From an uncultured Ignavibacteria bacterium (lineage in GTDB: Bacteria > Zixibacteria > MSB-5A5 > CAIYYT01): 64,000 bases of DNA. Shown here piece after piece: positions 1-11,311 of the stretch (within the stretch, counting starts at the first letter, position 1; each line of letters begins with the position of its first letter). The position numbers were made by a program, and so were the translations under genes. Where the stretch lies: assembly GCA_964537215.1 (NCBI GenBank), contig CAZIBI010000002.1, forward strand, positions 1-64,000. The letters run 5' to 3'. The notes under the pieces are model-generated. The model did not search any database. It was not told where the DNA came from and worked only from the letters and a program-made list of their open reading frames with translations.

Positions 1-247
1 TCAAGTTGACACTCGCCAACTTTGATGCGGCCAAGGGATTCGATACGGCAATGATTAATGCGATTCTGTCGACGTTGCTAATACTTCTCGCGTTGTTCCT
101 AATTCTGACGGCAATATCAAAGAACCGAAGCGAAAGGCAAATTGCAGCCGCCGCACATTAAGTTCTGAAAATCAGTAAAGAGAAAAAGGCGGGTCGATTT
201 CTCAACCCGCCCGTATCAAACGAAGCTACTGCGCCTATGACCGCATG

Positions 248-2716
<2,469 letters not shown>

Positions 2717-2799
2717 AGGTACTTACCTCTCCTCCGTTTCGTTCCGATTGCTAAAACTTTAGTGTCAATTGGGCGGGAATATATGCTAAACCGGAATCT

Positions 2800-3555
2800 T
2801 TAGCCACACAAAACTGCGCCTCCATTGACATTCAGTATCTCACCCGTAATAAATGTGGACAAATTTGATGCGAGAAAGAGAATCGGCCCCGCAATTTCTT
2901 CGGCACTGCCCGGTCGGCCTAGCGGAATCAAGCGCAAATGCCGCTGCGCATCGGGCGCGCTCAACTCCTCGTGGCTCATGTCGGTGTCAACCCAGCCGGG
3001 AGCTACGCAGTTGACGCGAATGTTGTGCGGCGCCAATTCCGGCGCGAGCGATTTCGTCAGGCTGATTACCGCGCCCTTGGTTGCGGCATAGTGCGAATGA
3101 AAAGCCTCGCCCCGTTGACCGGCCGTTGATGCAATATGAATGATATTTCCCATGCGCCGCTGTTTCATATGCGGTACGACTGCGGTAGTAGGGAAGAACA
3201 CGCCATTGATGTTGATGGCGAGCATTTCGTTCAGTTCGCCCTCCGTCATTGTGTCAATCGCGGCCTCTTTCCAGATTCCCGCATTGTTCACCAAAATGTC
3301 GACTGCGCCGAATTCGGCAATCGTACTTCTAATCAATCGCTCGGCTTCCGACTTGATCGACACGTCCGACTTGACAGGAAGTGCTCGACCGCCGGCCTGC
3401 CGGATTTTGTCCACGACTTCCGTTGCTGCCTTTTCGTTGCTCACGAAATTGACTGCGACATTGCACCCGGCCTCGGCAAACATGATGGCCGCCGCCCGGC
3501 CAATGCCGCGCGAAGCGCCCGTGATGACTGCGGTTTTGCCCTCAAGATTGAACAT
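2800..3555 (-). CDS. Short-chain dehydrogenase/reductase, 3-oxoacyl-ACP reductase-like
   Basis: TGASRGIGRAAA Rossmann motif, NNAG, catalytic Y..K (YAATKGAV). 251 aa. AAGGAGA SD. Confidence 0.85.
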   Translation of the reverse strand: MFNLEGKTAVITGASRGIGRAAAIMFAEAGCNVAVNFVSNEKAATEVVDKIRQAGGRALPVKSDVSIKSEAERLIRSTIAEFGAVDILVNNAGIWKEAAIDTMTEGELNEMLAININGVFFPTTAVVPHMKQRRMGNIIHIASTAGQRGEAFHSHYAATKGAVISLTKSLAPELAPHNIRVNCVAPGWVDTDMSHEELSAPDAQRHLRLIPLGRPGSAEEIAGPILFLASNLSTFITGEILNVNGGAVLCG

Positions 3556-3596
3556 ATTACTAATTCTCCTTGCTTACAATTGGCTCCATAATAAAA

Positions 3597-3630
3597 AAAC
3601 GGCCACGCGAACGTGACCGTTTTCTACAGT
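3597..3630 (-). terminator. Rho-independent terminator downstream of ferritin gene (minus strand)
   Basis: GC-rich hairpin (ACGGTCACG..CGTGGCCGT) followed by a T7 run on the minus strand, between the ferritin stop and the SDR gene start. Confidence 0.45.
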
Positions 3631-3649
3631 CCAAGTTTATTGCTGCGAC

Positions 3650-4147
3650 TTAACCTTTGCCGCGCAACTCGAAGATGCGTCCTTCAATCATCAGCAACTG
3701 AATCTTTTCGGTCGCCAGGCTAACCAAATTCAGAAGCTGCAGCGCCGTCGATTCTTCCTCAACTTGCTCGTCAACGAACCAGGCGAGGAAATTTGAGGTT
3801 GCATGGTCGTTTTCCTTGTCCGCCAGATCAACGCACTCGTTGATGAGCTTCGTGATCTTTCTCTCGTGATCAAGCGCGGTCTGCACGATTTCTTTCACCG
3901 AGCCGTAGTCCGACTTCGGCGTTTCCAGTGTTCCCAGCTTAACCGGAGCGCCAACCTCGACGAGGTACTTGGCAATCTTCGTCGCATGGCCCATTTCTTC
4001 GCCGGCCTGAAGCTCATACCACTTGGCATAGCCCTTGAAGCCCATCTCATGAAGTTTGTACGACATTGCCAGATACGTCCAGTATGAGAAGAACTCTTCT
4101 TTGACTTGCGTGTTCAGTTTTGCCGACATGGCTGCTGAAATCATCAT
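3650..4147 (-). CDS. ftn: Ferritin-like iron storage protein (bacterial non-haem ferritin)
   Basis: Ferritin diiron-site residues (E..EEMGH..., FLAWFVDEQVEEE). The ORF track opens on TTG at 4162, but ATG at 4147 has a GGAGATAAGGAA SD, so 4147 is the likelier start. Confidence 0.8.
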   Translation of the reverse strand: MMISAAMSAKLNTQVKEEFFSYWTYLAMSYKLHEMGFKGYAKWYELQAGEEMGHATKIAKYLVEVGAPVKLGTLETPKSDYGSVKEIVQTALDHERKITKLINECVDLADKENDHATSNFLAWFVDEQVEEESTALQLLNLVSLATEKIQLLMIEGRIFELRGKG

Positions 4148-4266
4148 TTCCTTATCTCCCAAAATCTATGCACACAATTCTGTGTGGTTGAAATTCCAAT
4201 CTTAGTTCGTACGCACTCTATAAACTCCGAATTTGTACGAATATCCGCAAGGGAAGAGTGAAGAAT

Positions 4267-5703
4267 CTACAATTTTCCGCCGGCAAATTCCACTAGCGGT
4301 TGCAGCGCCGTAAACTGCGAATAGGACGCCCAGGCCTTTTGCATGCCCCGCGCAACAATTGCATTTCGTTCGTCGGGCGCCTGCAGATAGTGCTCAAACA
4401 TCTGGTGGAATTCCTGCGGATTTCGCGCTGCCACCAGTTCGTCTGCGCCGTACAAAGCATCGATTGCTTTCGGGTAGTCGCAGATTTGAAAAGCCCCGCA
4501 GGCCTGCAAGACGTGCGTCCGTTCGTTGACTTCGCTGAAATTCTCAAGTTGGCTGCGCAGATGATAATTCGGGCAGATTGCCGCAAAATTATAGAGAAAC
4601 CCGGCATCTTCCTGTGAGAAATTTCCGAACCGGCCCGGCCAGCCAGTTCCTGCCAAGATACCTGCGTGCTTCCGCACAACCGGAATCAAATACTCCTCCG
4701 TCTCGGTTGCTTTCACTGGGCTGTTAGTGCCCACAAACGCAAACTCGAACAACGCCCGCGCTGGGCTCATGCGATGCAGAAGCGGATTGAAGGCAAACGG
4801 CACTGAAAGCAGGGGAGAGGTCACGCGCTGCAAGCGCGCATCCTGACTCGGGTCAAGGTGAAAGGTGATATAGAAATCGGCTTCTTTGGGTGTCTGCCGG
4901 AAGTCGGAGCAAAGTCCAATGAGGATCTTATGACGGTTCATCCGTTCATAAATCGTACTCCAGTCCATTACGCCCGAAACGTCCGGCACATCAACAGTGA
5001 TGATGACATTTGGGTCGAACAGCTCAAGCGTCTCTTCCAGCGGAAATCCGGCCAATGTCATTTGCGTATCGATTCCCAAATACCCAAGGCACTGCTGCCA
5101 GCTCTCGAAGATGTAATAAAGGGCTCCCATTATCGGTGTCGGAGCATAGAGAAGCACACGCAGGCCGCGCTCACGATAGGCATCGCGAAAGCGATTCAGC
5201 AGGTCAGTTCGCAGCGAGCGGTTTAGTTGTACTAACTCGTCGCGCGCCGGGTCAGAAGCATTGACTGATATCCACCGCAGGGTCGGGATCAACTGCTCCG
5301 ACTCAAGCGCGTGCTTTGGGTCGGCCATCGTTAGACGCCCAAAGGTCGCACAGAGATTCACGTGCGCATCCAAGTATTCCGGATCCGCGGCTAACGACTT
5401 CTCTAGAAAATGTGCTGACCGTTCATAGTCCCGTGCGTGGAAAGCCAATACTCCGGCGTTATTCAGCGTCCGGGCATCATCGGGATTTGCTTGTAGCGCC
5501 AGTCCTGTGTAGTGCTTTGCGCCGGAAGTATCCCCGAGTCCGAAGCACGCCTCCGCTAGACCGCGCAGAGCTCGTAAATCGGAAGGAGATTCGCGCAGCA
5601 ATTCCTCGAACAAAGCGGCAGCCTCCGTCGCTTGTCCGCTTTCAAGTAACACTTCAGCTTTCGCCGCTAATTCATCGATTTGGACTCGATTTTTGTGCTG
5701 CAT
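4267..5703 (-). CDS. TPR-repeat protein with C-terminal CgeB-like (DUF3880/glycosyltransferase-like) domain
   Basis: N-terminal TPR-like helical repeats (AEACFGLGDTSGAKHY, ALQANPDDARTLNNAGV). C-terminal half resembles CgeB-family glycosyltransferase-like domains. Confidence 0.5.
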   Translation of the reverse strand: MQHKNRVQIDELAAKAEVLLESGQATEAAALFEELLRESPSDLRALRGLAEACFGLGDTSGAKHYTGLALQANPDDARTLNNAGVLAFHARDYERSAHFLEKSLAADPEYLDAHVNLCATFGRLTMADPKHALESEQLIPTLRWISVNASDPARDELVQLNRSLRTDLLNRFRDAYRERGLRVLLYAPTPIMGALYYIFESWQQCLGYLGIDTQMTLAGFPLEETLELFDPNVIITVDVPDVSGVMDWSTIYERMNRHKILIGLCSDFRQTPKEADFYITFHLDPSQDARLQRVTSPLLSVPFAFNPLLHRMSPARALFEFAFVGTNSPVKATETEEYLIPVVRKHAGILAGTGWPGRFGNFSQEDAGFLYNFAAICPNYHLRSQLENFSEVNERTHVLQACGAFQICDYPKAIDALYGADELVAARNPQEFHQMFEHYLQAPDERNAIVARGMQKAWASYSQFTALQPLVEFAGGKL

Positions 5704-5857
5704 AGTGCCAGAAGCATATCAATTTGAAACTTGCCGACAAGGGTTTTTGGGTCGAAAAACGGCTTCCCGTAGCAGCATAGCCCAGTTGCTATCCATTCAA
5801 GATTGTGGCTGAATCTGACGAAAATTGAGGGGTAACCCACGAGAAAAGGAATCAGAT

Positions 5858-6976
5858 ATGTCAATTATGATGGAAATCATTGAGTGGATGGATCCTACCG
5901 GCGAAGAAATGATCTATCGCCTCCCGCAAACCGGATCCGCAGACTTCAAGCTTGGCGCCCAGTTGATCGTTCGCGATAGTCAGATGGCAGTCTTCTTCAA
6001 GGACGGTCACGCTTGCGATTCGTTTACGGTCGGACGCCATACGCTGACGACGCTCAATATCCCGATTCTCACCCGCCTGCTTTCCTTGCCGTGGGGATTC
6101 GAATCGCCGTTTCGTGCCGAAGTCTATTTCACCAATCTCAAGACTTTCACGAATCTTAAGTGGGGAACTCGCCACCCCGTGACTTTCCGCGACAGCAAAT
6201 TGGGATTGATTCGTCTGCGCGGGCACGGCGCCTTCACCATGCGAATTTCGCAGCCGATGTTGTTCTTGAATTCCATCGTGGGACGGCAAGCGCGCTACAC
6301 TACCGACGACATCCAAAGCTACCTCCGCGATGTCATCATCGCGCGTATGAATGACATGCTCGGCGAGAAGCTTGACTCGATTCTCGACCTGCCGCGCGAC
6401 TACAGCGAACTTGCGGCGGAATTCAAGGGCATCGTCGCAAACGAATTCGACAAGTACGGCCTTGAGTTGATCGATTTCTACATTGCCTCGATTACTCCGC
6501 CCGAGGAAGTCTCTAAACTGATCGACCAACGTTCGGGCATGGAAGCAATTGGCGACCTGGACAAGTTCTTGAAATTCGAAATGGCGCGCGGTATGGCGAC
6601 CTCCGGAGTTGCCGGAGCAACCGGAAACACAATCGGCATGGCCGCCGGTGTCGGCGTCATGATGCCGACCATGCTTTCGCGGGCATTTTCACCCGAGCAG
6701 CAGGAATTGCGCAGCCAGCCGATTGCGACAGTCACGTGTCCCAAATGCCACACCGACACTCCGGAACAGTCGCGCTACTGCTACCGCTGCGGGCATGCTA
6801 TGTTCACTCAGAACGTCTGCCCCGGATGCCATTCGGAATTGCCCTCCGAAGCCAAGTTCTGTCTGCATTGCGGAATCAAGCTTGACAGCAAGACTCTCTG
6901 CCCGCATTGCCAGTCGGAACTAATTGCCGGATCCAAATTCTGCGGCTCCTGCGGAAAATCAGTCGATAATGGGTAA
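5858..6976 (+). CDS. SPFH/band-7 domain protein (COG4260 'virion core protein-like') with C-terminal triple zinc ribbon
   Basis: N-terminus IEWMDPTGEEMIYRLPQTGSADFKLGAQLIVRD is typical of COG4260. C-terminus has three CxxC..CxxCG ribbons (CPKCH..CYRCG, CPGCH..CLHCG, CPHCQ..CGSCG). The ORF track opens on TTG at 5825; ATG at 5858 has an AAAAGGAA SD. Confidence 0.7.
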   Translation: MSIMMEIIEWMDPTGEEMIYRLPQTGSADFKLGAQLIVRDSQMAVFFKDGHACDSFTVGRHTLTTLNIPILTRLLSLPWGFESPFRAEVYFTNLKTFTNLKWGTRHPVTFRDSKLGLIRLRGHGAFTMRISQPMLFLNSIVGRQARYTTDDIQSYLRDVIIARMNDMLGEKLDSILDLPRDYSELAAEFKGIVANEFDKYGLELIDFYIASITPPEEVSKLIDQRSGMEAIGDLDKFLKFEMARGMATSGVAGATGNTIGMAAGVGVMMPTMLSRAFSPEQQELRSQPIATVTCPKCHTDTPEQSRYCYRCGHAMFTQNVCPGCHSELPSEAKFCLHCGIKLDSKTLCPHCQSELIAGSKFCGSCGKSVDNG

Positions 6977-8375
6977 CCAGCAATCGCATCGCACCGGCTT
7001 CGCCATCGATGTCGGTTGCCCGGGCTGCGGCGGAGTTCTGACGCTGCAGGAGGACTTCTCCGTCCTGCGCTGCGAGCATTGCTCGTCCGTGCTGCGCGTC
7101 TACATGCCCGACCAGCCGCCGGCGTATCTGGTGAAACCGAAGCTCACGGCCATGCAAGTTCGCTTTCATCTCGACAAACATCTGCGTGAGAACGGCCGTC
7201 CGCTGACTCCGCCGGCGCTTGAGATTTCCGGCGTCTATCAACCGTACTGGAAGATCGATTCCATGATTCTGCGCATGCGCAATCGCATCGACACGCGAGT
7301 CGTTACTAACGAGTATTCCGAAGCGCAGACTTCCGAAGAGGTCGAAGAACTGAAGCAGGATATCACCCTGACACCGCATCCAGTGACAGTTTCCGCAACG
7401 CCAACCAGCGATCTCTTTCCATATTCATTGGGGCTGCGAACCGACTATGTCAAGATGCGCCCCTTTGCTGCCGACTCAACCGGCGAATTCGAGTTAATCA
7501 ATGGCGAGACGACAGTTTCCCAGGCTTACGCGCAAGCTGAGAAGGTCGCGCAGCGGCTGGCGGATTCATCGAATCTCACGACAAAACGCAACTACTCCAA
7601 ACTCTTTGGTCTGCGCGCAGCCCTCGTCTATTTCCCATATTTCAAGTGCATCTTCCGCGAATCGGGAAAAGAGCTTGTCGTTGCGATTGACGCTGTTTCC
7701 GGCCAACTCGTCGGCGAGTGCGAAATGGGGGATTCGACCGAAAGACGCAGTCGGGCTTCAGTACAGGAATTCGGCTCGTTGGGGATCGATTTTCATCGCT
7801 GCGGAAATTGCGGCGAAGATTTGCCGGCCCGCAATTCGTTCATCTATGCCTGCCACAACTGCGGCAGTCTGACGATTCTCGATAAGCACAAGTCATTCGA
7901 CCGTGTTGTTGAACAAACTGCCACTAAAGCCACCGACCGCGATCTACTCTTGCCTTTCTGGTTGATCCGCTGCGACGAAAGCACGATGTCGCTTGCCGGG
8001 CGCGCACTTGGCGCCACTGCACTTTTGGATCTGGTTGCAGTGCCCGCTTTTCGAATCGCGAATTTCGAATCGCTCTATCGTCTGACCAGCCGTCTGACTT
8101 TGGCGTTGCCGAAAATTCCGCATGCGCGCAACGGCGAAATCGAGGGTGATATTGCACCGGCTAACGTGTCGCTTCAGGAAGCGCTGATCATCGGCCAGGC
8201 CGCGCTGTCCCGTGCAGAACTCAAACGTAATCCCTCGGCGCATCCGGAAATCAATATTCAGGCAATGAAAGCCAGCCTTTTGCTCGTGCCGTTTCACGCC
8301 GAAAGCTATTTCCTAGTCGATTCGGTTATCTCGGCAATCACGGTCGAACGCCGCGCGCTCGTCGGCGTCTCATAA
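6969..8375 (+). CDS. Hypothetical protein with N-terminal and internal zinc ribbons, translationally coupled to the SPFH gene
   Basis: CPGCGG..CEHCSS and CGNCGE..CHNCGS motifs. The start overlaps the upstream stop by 8 nt. No recognised catalytic motif. Confidence 0.5.
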   Translation: MGNQQSHRTGFAIDVGCPGCGGVLTLQEDFSVLRCEHCSSVLRVYMPDQPPAYLVKPKLTAMQVRFHLDKHLRENGRPLTPPALEISGVYQPYWKIDSMILRMRNRIDTRVVTNEYSEAQTSEEVEELKQDITLTPHPVTVSATPTSDLFPYSLGLRTDYVKMRPFAADSTGEFELINGETTVSQAYAQAEKVAQRLADSSNLTTKRNYSKLFGLRAALVYFPYFKCIFRESGKELVVAIDAVSGQLVGECEMGDSTERRSRASVQEFGSLGIDFHRCGNCGEDLPARNSFIYACHNCGSLTILDKHKSFDRVVEQTATKATDRDLLLPFWLIRCDESTMSLAGRALGATALLDLVAVPAFRIANFESLYRLTSRLTLALPKIPHARNGEIEGDIAPANVSLQEALIIGQAALSRAELKRNPSAHPEINIQAMKASLLLVPFHAESYFLVDSVISAITVERRALVGVS

Positions 8376-8380
8376 TCCGC

Positions 8381-9574
8381 TTACTTTCCAACAAACTCCG
8401 CAAACGCAGCGCCGAATATTCGACAGTCTTGCAATTCCTGTTCGGAAGGCACCAATCGTGCCCGAACGCCAGGTTTCATCACCTTGAGCTTTAGCTGCTC
8501 AAGATACCCTTCCAATATCTCCGTCGCCTGGCCGCCCCAGCCAAACGATCCGAATGTCGCCGCCTTCTTACCGGTGCTCGATACTGACGGCAGCAGATGC
8601 GCGACGTCCCAGATCGGCTTCACGACATCTCCGGCGAAAGTTGGCGTGCCGAACAGGATTCCGTCCGATGACTCGATCAAGTCTCGCACTTTGTCGTGGC
8701 TGGTTTCCATGGCGTCCGCGATGTGCGTCTCAAACTGTCCATTCGATATGGCACTCGCGATTGTCTCCGCCATGCGCATGGTGTTGCCATAGGACGATGC
8801 AACGAAAATCGAGATGATCTTCTTGTCGGATCGAATCTTCGGCTGCGTCCAGTCGAGATACTTTTTGATGAAGTGTTTCGGCTGCTCCACAAATACCGGC
8901 CCATGCGACGGCGCCAGCACATCGATGTCCCGGGTCAGCACGGCCTCGGAGGCGCGTTTCGAAAACGGCGCGAATGGCCGCATAATATTGTCGTAATAGT
9001 ACCACGCCTCGTATTCGATTATCGGATCGCCGGACTTCGCAAAGATCGAATGGTCCGGGCAGTAATGCGCTGCATAGCCGTCGCAGGAGAATAGCACTTT
9101 CCGCTCCGGGCAATAGCAGAACATCGTGTCCGGCCAGTGCATGAACGGCGCCGAAACAAATTCCAGCGACAAACCGCCCAGTTCAAGCTTCTCGCCGCCT
9201 TTGACGCCCCTTATTGGCTTGGCATCGTCATTGATGATGTTCCGCAAGAACGGCACTGCCGGTGCCGAACAAATCAGCTCGATTCGAGGATTGAGCTGAA
9301 GCAACTTGTTGATCGCCCCGGAATGATCCGGCTCGTTATGGTTGACGATCAAATAATCTATCCGCTCGAGCGGCAGAATCTCGCTAATAGATCCGAAGAG
9401 CTGCTCCTCGAATCCGTCCTTGACCGCATCGATCAATGCGACCTTTTCGCCGACCAAGAGGTACGAATTGTAGGTTGTCCCGTAGGTCGTTTTCACATAT
9501 AGATCGAATATTCGCAAGCCCGGGTCCTTGGCCCCGACCCAATGGATATTGTCAGAAATCTTAATCGCTGTCAT
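8381..9574 (-). CDS. Flavodiiron protein (FprA family; metallo-beta-lactamase-like + flavodoxin domains)
   Basis: MTAIKISDNIHWVGAKDP...TYNSYLL..., HxExDH-type diiron motif (NHNEPDHSG), C-terminal flavodoxin fold (ISIFVASSYGNT). Start at internal ATG with AAGGAGAG SD. Confidence 0.85.
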   Translation of the reverse strand: MTAIKISDNIHWVGAKDPGLRIFDLYVKTTYGTTYNSYLLVGEKVALIDAVKDGFEEQLFGSISEILPLERIDYLIVNHNEPDHSGAINKLLQLNPRIELICSAPAVPFLRNIINDDAKPIRGVKGGEKLELGGLSLEFVSAPFMHWPDTMFCYCPERKVLFSCDGYAAHYCPDHSIFAKSGDPIIEYEAWYYYDNIMRPFAPFSKRASEAVLTRDIDVLAPSHGPVFVEQPKHFIKKYLDWTQPKIRSDKKIISIFVASSYGNTMRMAETIASAISNGQFETHIADAMETSHDKVRDLIESSDGILFGTPTFAGDVVKPIWDVAHLLPSVSSTGKKAATFGSFGWGGQATEILEGYLEQLKLKVMKPGVRARLVPSEQELQDCRIFGAAFAEFVGK

Positions 9575-9732
9575 GTTCTCTCCTTCATGCAGGCAAAGAT
9601 ATGCGAAAAAAGGACAATTGCAACCGCATTCCAGATGACGAATTTTCGAGCCTGGGGTGGCAAAAAAGCCGTTGCACAACTATCTCCCGATTTCGTATTT
9701 GTATTCAGATGACATTTAGATGGAATTCGAAA

Positions 9733-10257
9733 ATGCTGGTGCGAGTAATTGGTATTGCGGCAACAACTCTGTTTGCGCTGCTTGCCGTAAGCTGCGGGGA
9801 TGATGACCCACCGCAACCGCTGGCCGACAAGGTATTTCTCGCTAATTCCGTCGAAGCGACCGGCGGGCATGTGTTTGCCGTACCTATCTACGTCGAAAAT
9901 GACGACCCCATTGCGGCGGTCAGTTTGCCGCTGCGGTTTCCGTCGTCCATCATGCGCTGCGACTCGGTTTCTTTTGTGGGTGGACGCTGCAAGGACTTCT
10001 TCATAGTCCGTAATTTCGTTAGCGAGGACACAATCCAGATCGTCGCAATTGACACGATCGGCGTCGGCGCCGGAAGCGGTCTGTTTGCGACTCTGCATTT
10101 TTGGGCGCACGGTAATGCCCCTGATACGAATATCCTGATCGACCTGTTCGTCAATCCGTTCCTGCCGTTTGGCTATGCCGACACTTCATTGACGGCCGAT
10201 ATCATCATACCGGCATTCGAGGCGGGGCACGTTCACATCACCACGCAATTAGAATAA
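9733..10257 (+). CDS. Hypothetical secreted lipoprotein
   Basis: Signal peptide plus lipobox (LLAVSCGDD). Start adjusted to internal ATG; no known domain recognised. Confidence 0.45.
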   Translation: MLVRVIGIAATTLFALLAVSCGDDDPPQPLADKVFLANSVEATGGHVFAVPIYVENDDPIAAVSLPLRFPSSIMRCDSVSFVGGRCKDFFIVRNFVSEDTIQIVAIDTIGVGAGSGLFATLHFWAHGNAPDTNILIDLFVNPFLPFGYADTSLTADIIIPAFEAGHVHITTQLE

Positions 10258-10264
10258 CTTCCGC

Positions 10265-10573
10265 ATGCTCGAGCTTCGTCCCACTTGCGAACATTGCAAC
10301 AAAGCGCTGCCGCCCGATTCGCTAGAGGCTCGCATCTGCAGCTATGAATGTACTTTCTGTGCCGATTGCGTCGACCGTCTCTTGAGCAACGTTTGTCCTA
10401 ATTGCGGCGGCGGGTTTGTCCCGCGTCCGGTGCGGCCCAATCGAAACTGGAAGGGCGACAACTATCTCGGCAAAGATCCGGCTTCAACCAAGGTCAAGCA
10501 TCGCCCGGTCGATCTTGCCGCCCACGCAGTCTTGGTCGCGCAATTGCGCGGCATAGCGCCAGAACGACGCTGA
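10265..10573 (+). CDS. DUF1272-family small Cys-rich protein
   Basis: MLELRPTCEHCNKALPPDS..A..CSYECTFC..C...L...CPNCGG is the characteristic DUF1272 pattern. Confidence 0.6.
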   Translation: MLELRPTCEHCNKALPPDSLEARICSYECTFCADCVDRLLSNVCPNCGGGFVPRPVRPNRNWKGDNYLGKDPASTKVKHRPVDLAAHAVLVAQLRGIAPERR

Positions 10574-10631
10574 CCGGTTTCTTGATACAGATTATTGCTT
10601 TGCGAGAGTAATTTACTAAATTGGTCTACGT

Positions 10632-11309
10632 ATGTGCGGTCGCTATACTTTAGCTCTTGAGCACGAGCGTTTGCTCTTGCAATATGGTTTCACGGATGTC
10701 GATTTCCTCTATCGTCCGCGCTACAATATTGCGCCGATGCAGGAGAGTCCGATCGTTGCCATTGAAGACGGCAAGCGCGTCATGCAGTTGATGCGCTGGG
10801 GTTTGGTGCCTTCGTGGGCTAAGGACGAAACCATCGCCAGCAAACTTATCAACGCCCGTGGAGAAACCGTCGCCGAAAAGCCAAGCTTCCGGACTTCGTT
10901 CAAGAAACGCCGCTGCCTCGTCCCGGCCACTGGCTACTATGAGTGGAAGGTTCTCCCCGAATCGCTGCCGACTAAGAAGCTCAAACAGCCGATGTACTTT
11001 ACCGTCAAGAAGGGCGAGCCGTTTTCCTTTGCCGGATTGTGGGATTCTTGGGAGCGCTTTGACGGCAAGAGAATCGTAACATATACGATCATTACGACCG
11101 AGCCGAACGAGTTTGCCGCCGAGGTTCACAATCGCATGCCGGTGATTTTGAACAAGAAGGATGAAGAGCTTTGGCTTGAGGGCGATGTTGCAGAGGTTTC
11201 CGGTCTACTGAAAGCCTTTCCCGGCAAAGATATGTCCGTCTACGAGGTGTCCAAGCTCGTCAATTCGCCGAGCAACGACACCCCCGAGTGCATTGCCAAA
11301 GTCGCCTGA
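10632..11309 (+). CDS. yedK: SOS response-associated peptidase (SRAP/YedK, abasic-site processing protein)
   Basis: Starts MCGRYTL with the catalytic Cys2. Conserved RYNIAP, WGLVPSW and ERMP motifs. 225 aa. Confidence 0.85.
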   Translation: MCGRYTLALEHERLLLQYGFTDVDFLYRPRYNIAPMQESPIVAIEDGKRVMQLMRWGLVPSWAKDETIASKLINARGETVAEKPSFRTSFKKRRCLVPATGYYEWKVLPESLPTKKLKQPMYFTVKKGEPFSFAGLWDSWERFDGKRIVTYTIITTEPNEFAAEVHNRMPVILNKKDEELWLEGDVAEVSGLLKAFPGKDMSVYEVSKLVNSPSNDTPECIAKVA

Positions 11310-11311
11310 TA

